Shown here one piece after another: positions 61,930 to 64,000 of a stretch of DNA of 64,000 nt (positions within the stretch are counted from its first letter, which is position 1; each line of letters opens with the position of its first letter). The translations under genes and the position numbers were made by a program. This stretch comes from Rhina ancylostomus. Lineage: Eukaryota. The notes under the pieces are model-generated. The model saw nothing but the letters and a program-made list of their open reading frames with translations. It did not search any database and was not told the DNA's origin. Location of the stretch: NCBI GenBank assembly GCA_030265395.1, contig JARFYF010000050.1, positions 15,122,843 through 15,186,842 on the forward strand, written 5' to 3'.

Positions 61930-62225
61930 AATAAGCGGCCGGTTAATCTGATTTTGGTGATGCTGAATGATGATAACCGGCCAGTTAATCTGTTTTTGGC
62001 GATCCGGACTGAAGATAACCGACCAGTTAATGGTGATGCTGATCTTCAGACGGTACTAGATATCTTCAACGTGGACAAGAGACTTGGTTTATTTGACGTC
62101 TCAACCTAAGGGCAGTTCTCTATCACGGGAATTCTTTTTAAAAAAACGCTAAATCAGCCCAGATTATGTGTTTTCTTTCTGGAGTGGGGCACTGATTTTA
62201 TGATCAGATACCATTTGAGCAAGGT
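61930..62225 (-). mobile_element. Deu-domain SINE remnant with an internal 42-bp tandem expansion
   Basis: TAATCTG.TTTTGGTGATGCTG (reverse complement of the Deu core), CTTGGTTTA..ACGTCTCA, CAGCCCAGATTATGTG..TCTGGAGTGGGG. Confidence 0.6.
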
Positions 62226-64000
62226 CACTTTGAGAGTTCGAGCGTATCTGTATTCCAATTGCTACGCATTGTGTGAATCTTCACTATTTATATTTCTGTT
62301 GTACGTGCCCGTCTAGAGTTTAAGTATGCCCGTACTGCGTTTCACTGCNNNNNNNNNNNNNNNNNNNNNNNNNNNNNNNNNNNNNNNNNNNNNNNNNNNN
62401 NNNNNNNNNNNNNNNNNNNNNNNNNNNNNNNNNNNNNNNNNNNNNNNNTTCACTGCACTCAGTACATCCACAATGGAAGTATTTGTATATACCTACGGTG
62501 TGTATCCCTGCAGTCCGCTGGCGCAGCTGTGCACCACTCTTGCAAATAGGTACATCGATAAGAGCAAAAGAACATTGGGGGAAACATCGGAAGGCGAAAG
62601 GAGAAAACATTAGTTTTGAAAACAATGCTAATGCTCAATTAGCATCAAGCGTCAAATTTTAATAGTTGATGCACTTCGCCTCTGGATAACTGATTGATCA
62701 GCCACTTGCACGTCGTATTTTCTGGGAGTGGCCGCGCATTACATCTTGGCAACATCGACCCTGACCTCAGAGATAATCTCGGTGGTTTTAACATTTTGCC
62801 AAATTTAAAGTTAATCTGGAGGCAGCAGAACCTGGAAGAACGGAGCATCCCTCACAAGGGGACGGAGTTCGACTTCTAACAACATACACGCGATCTAAGA
62901 CACGTCAGAGTTGGTGTGAATCGCTACCTGCAGGAAAGGGGTGTTGTCAATGAACGAGAATTAGAAAATACACGTAAATATCCATATCACCAAAAAAAAA
63001 CATACAATGCAGATACGTGAATTTTATGTAGATGGTCTCCATTCTAATCGTACAGTTTCTGTCAAATTGTTTTTAATGGAATATTTCTATGTGGAACAAA
63101 TCGAAATAGGGACTAGTAAAACAAAACATTATAAAAACGATTCTGAATGCTGGAAATCAAATAGGATTCAGGGAGATTCGGGGCTGGTTATTTTTTTCTG
63201 GCGAATCCGTTCATCGGAAGAGCTTCTACCCACTGTGCTAATNNNNNNNNNNNNNNNNNNNNNNNNNNNNNNNNNNNNNNNNNNNNNNNNNNNNNNNNNN
63301 NNNNNNNNNNNNNNNNNNNNNNNNNNNNNNNNNNNNNNNNNNNNNNNNNNNNNNNNNNNNNNNNNNNNNNNNNNNNNNNNNNNNNNNNNNNNNNNNNNNN
63401 NNNNNNNNNNNNNNNNNNNNNNNNNNNNNNNNNNNNNNNNNNNNNNNNNNNNNNNNNNNNNNNNNNNNNNNNNNNNNNNNNNNNNNNNNNNNNNNNNNNN
63501 NNNNNNNNNNNNNNNNNNNNNNNNNNNNNNNNAAACCTCGGTTCCATGCCAATAAATCTTCAATGCTGAACTCGTTTTAGCTTCCGGGATAGTGGGGGGA
63601 ATCGGGAATAATTTCCATTAGTTTTCATTATTCTTAATTGCAAACGATCTCAACGTGCACCGACTGCCACACATAAAGTGCTTGTGCAGTTGGATGGAAG
63701 TTGAGTTTTGGTGTTATACGTCTCCGGCTCTGTGGTCACTCATTAAACCCATGCCTGAAGTTACCGGGATGACTTTTAAGTCGTTGTGCGTATTGGCCAT
63801 GCTCTGGGAATGTAAATCTTAATGAAAAGGCATTCTGTTGACAGATTAAACAGCTGGCGTCAGGTGCTAAAAGGTTGGGGAACATTAATGACTAAGCGCT
63901 AACCTGGAAGGAGATCAGTTACTGCTCCCTGATTAATCATCCATTGAATGTCTAGCTTCCAACCACGGGAAGAAAAATCTCTCTGTGATCAAAGTGGATT

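Noticed and set aside
55700-64000. Search for CBX8 exons
   Set aside because: No chromodomain-coding exon (MELS..GE.VF) is visible; CBX8 is probably beyond the window.
1-64000. Prokaryote-type systems (CRISPR arrays, operons), rRNA or true tRNA genes
   Set aside because: The sequence is intron-containing vertebrate DNA, there is no repeat-spacer array, and the A/B-box-like motifs belong to SINE heads.

Overview
This is a eukaryotic (vertebrate) window from a gapped draft assembly. The repeat content (HE1/V-SINEs, Deu-domain SacSINE1-like SINEs, CR1, RTE and Penelope-like elements) points to a cartilaginous fish (shark or ray). Two genes lie on the + strand in the order known from human 17q25.3: the last coding exon of TBC1D16 (3391-3630) and the 5-exon Polycomb gene CBX4 (ATG 48752). 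CBX4 exon 2 and its stop codon fall inside N gaps. Positions 1-35 kb are CpG-depleted and rich in decayed retroelements, including a three-layer nested insertion with a twin-priming-like RTE inversion and a solo LTR with a 5-bp target-site duplication. From about 36.2 kb onward most of the sequence retains CpG, consistent with a long-lived unmethylated domain around CBX4. That domain holds an orphan promoter-like element, a PBX-PREP/MEIS decamer, a 59-nt hairpin, tandem duplications and a dense 3'UTR motif cluster. I cannot support a wholly new biological system; the best leads are regulatory or transposon-related. Family and orthology calls rest on recalled consensus and human sequences, not on searches, and repeat boundaries are approximate.
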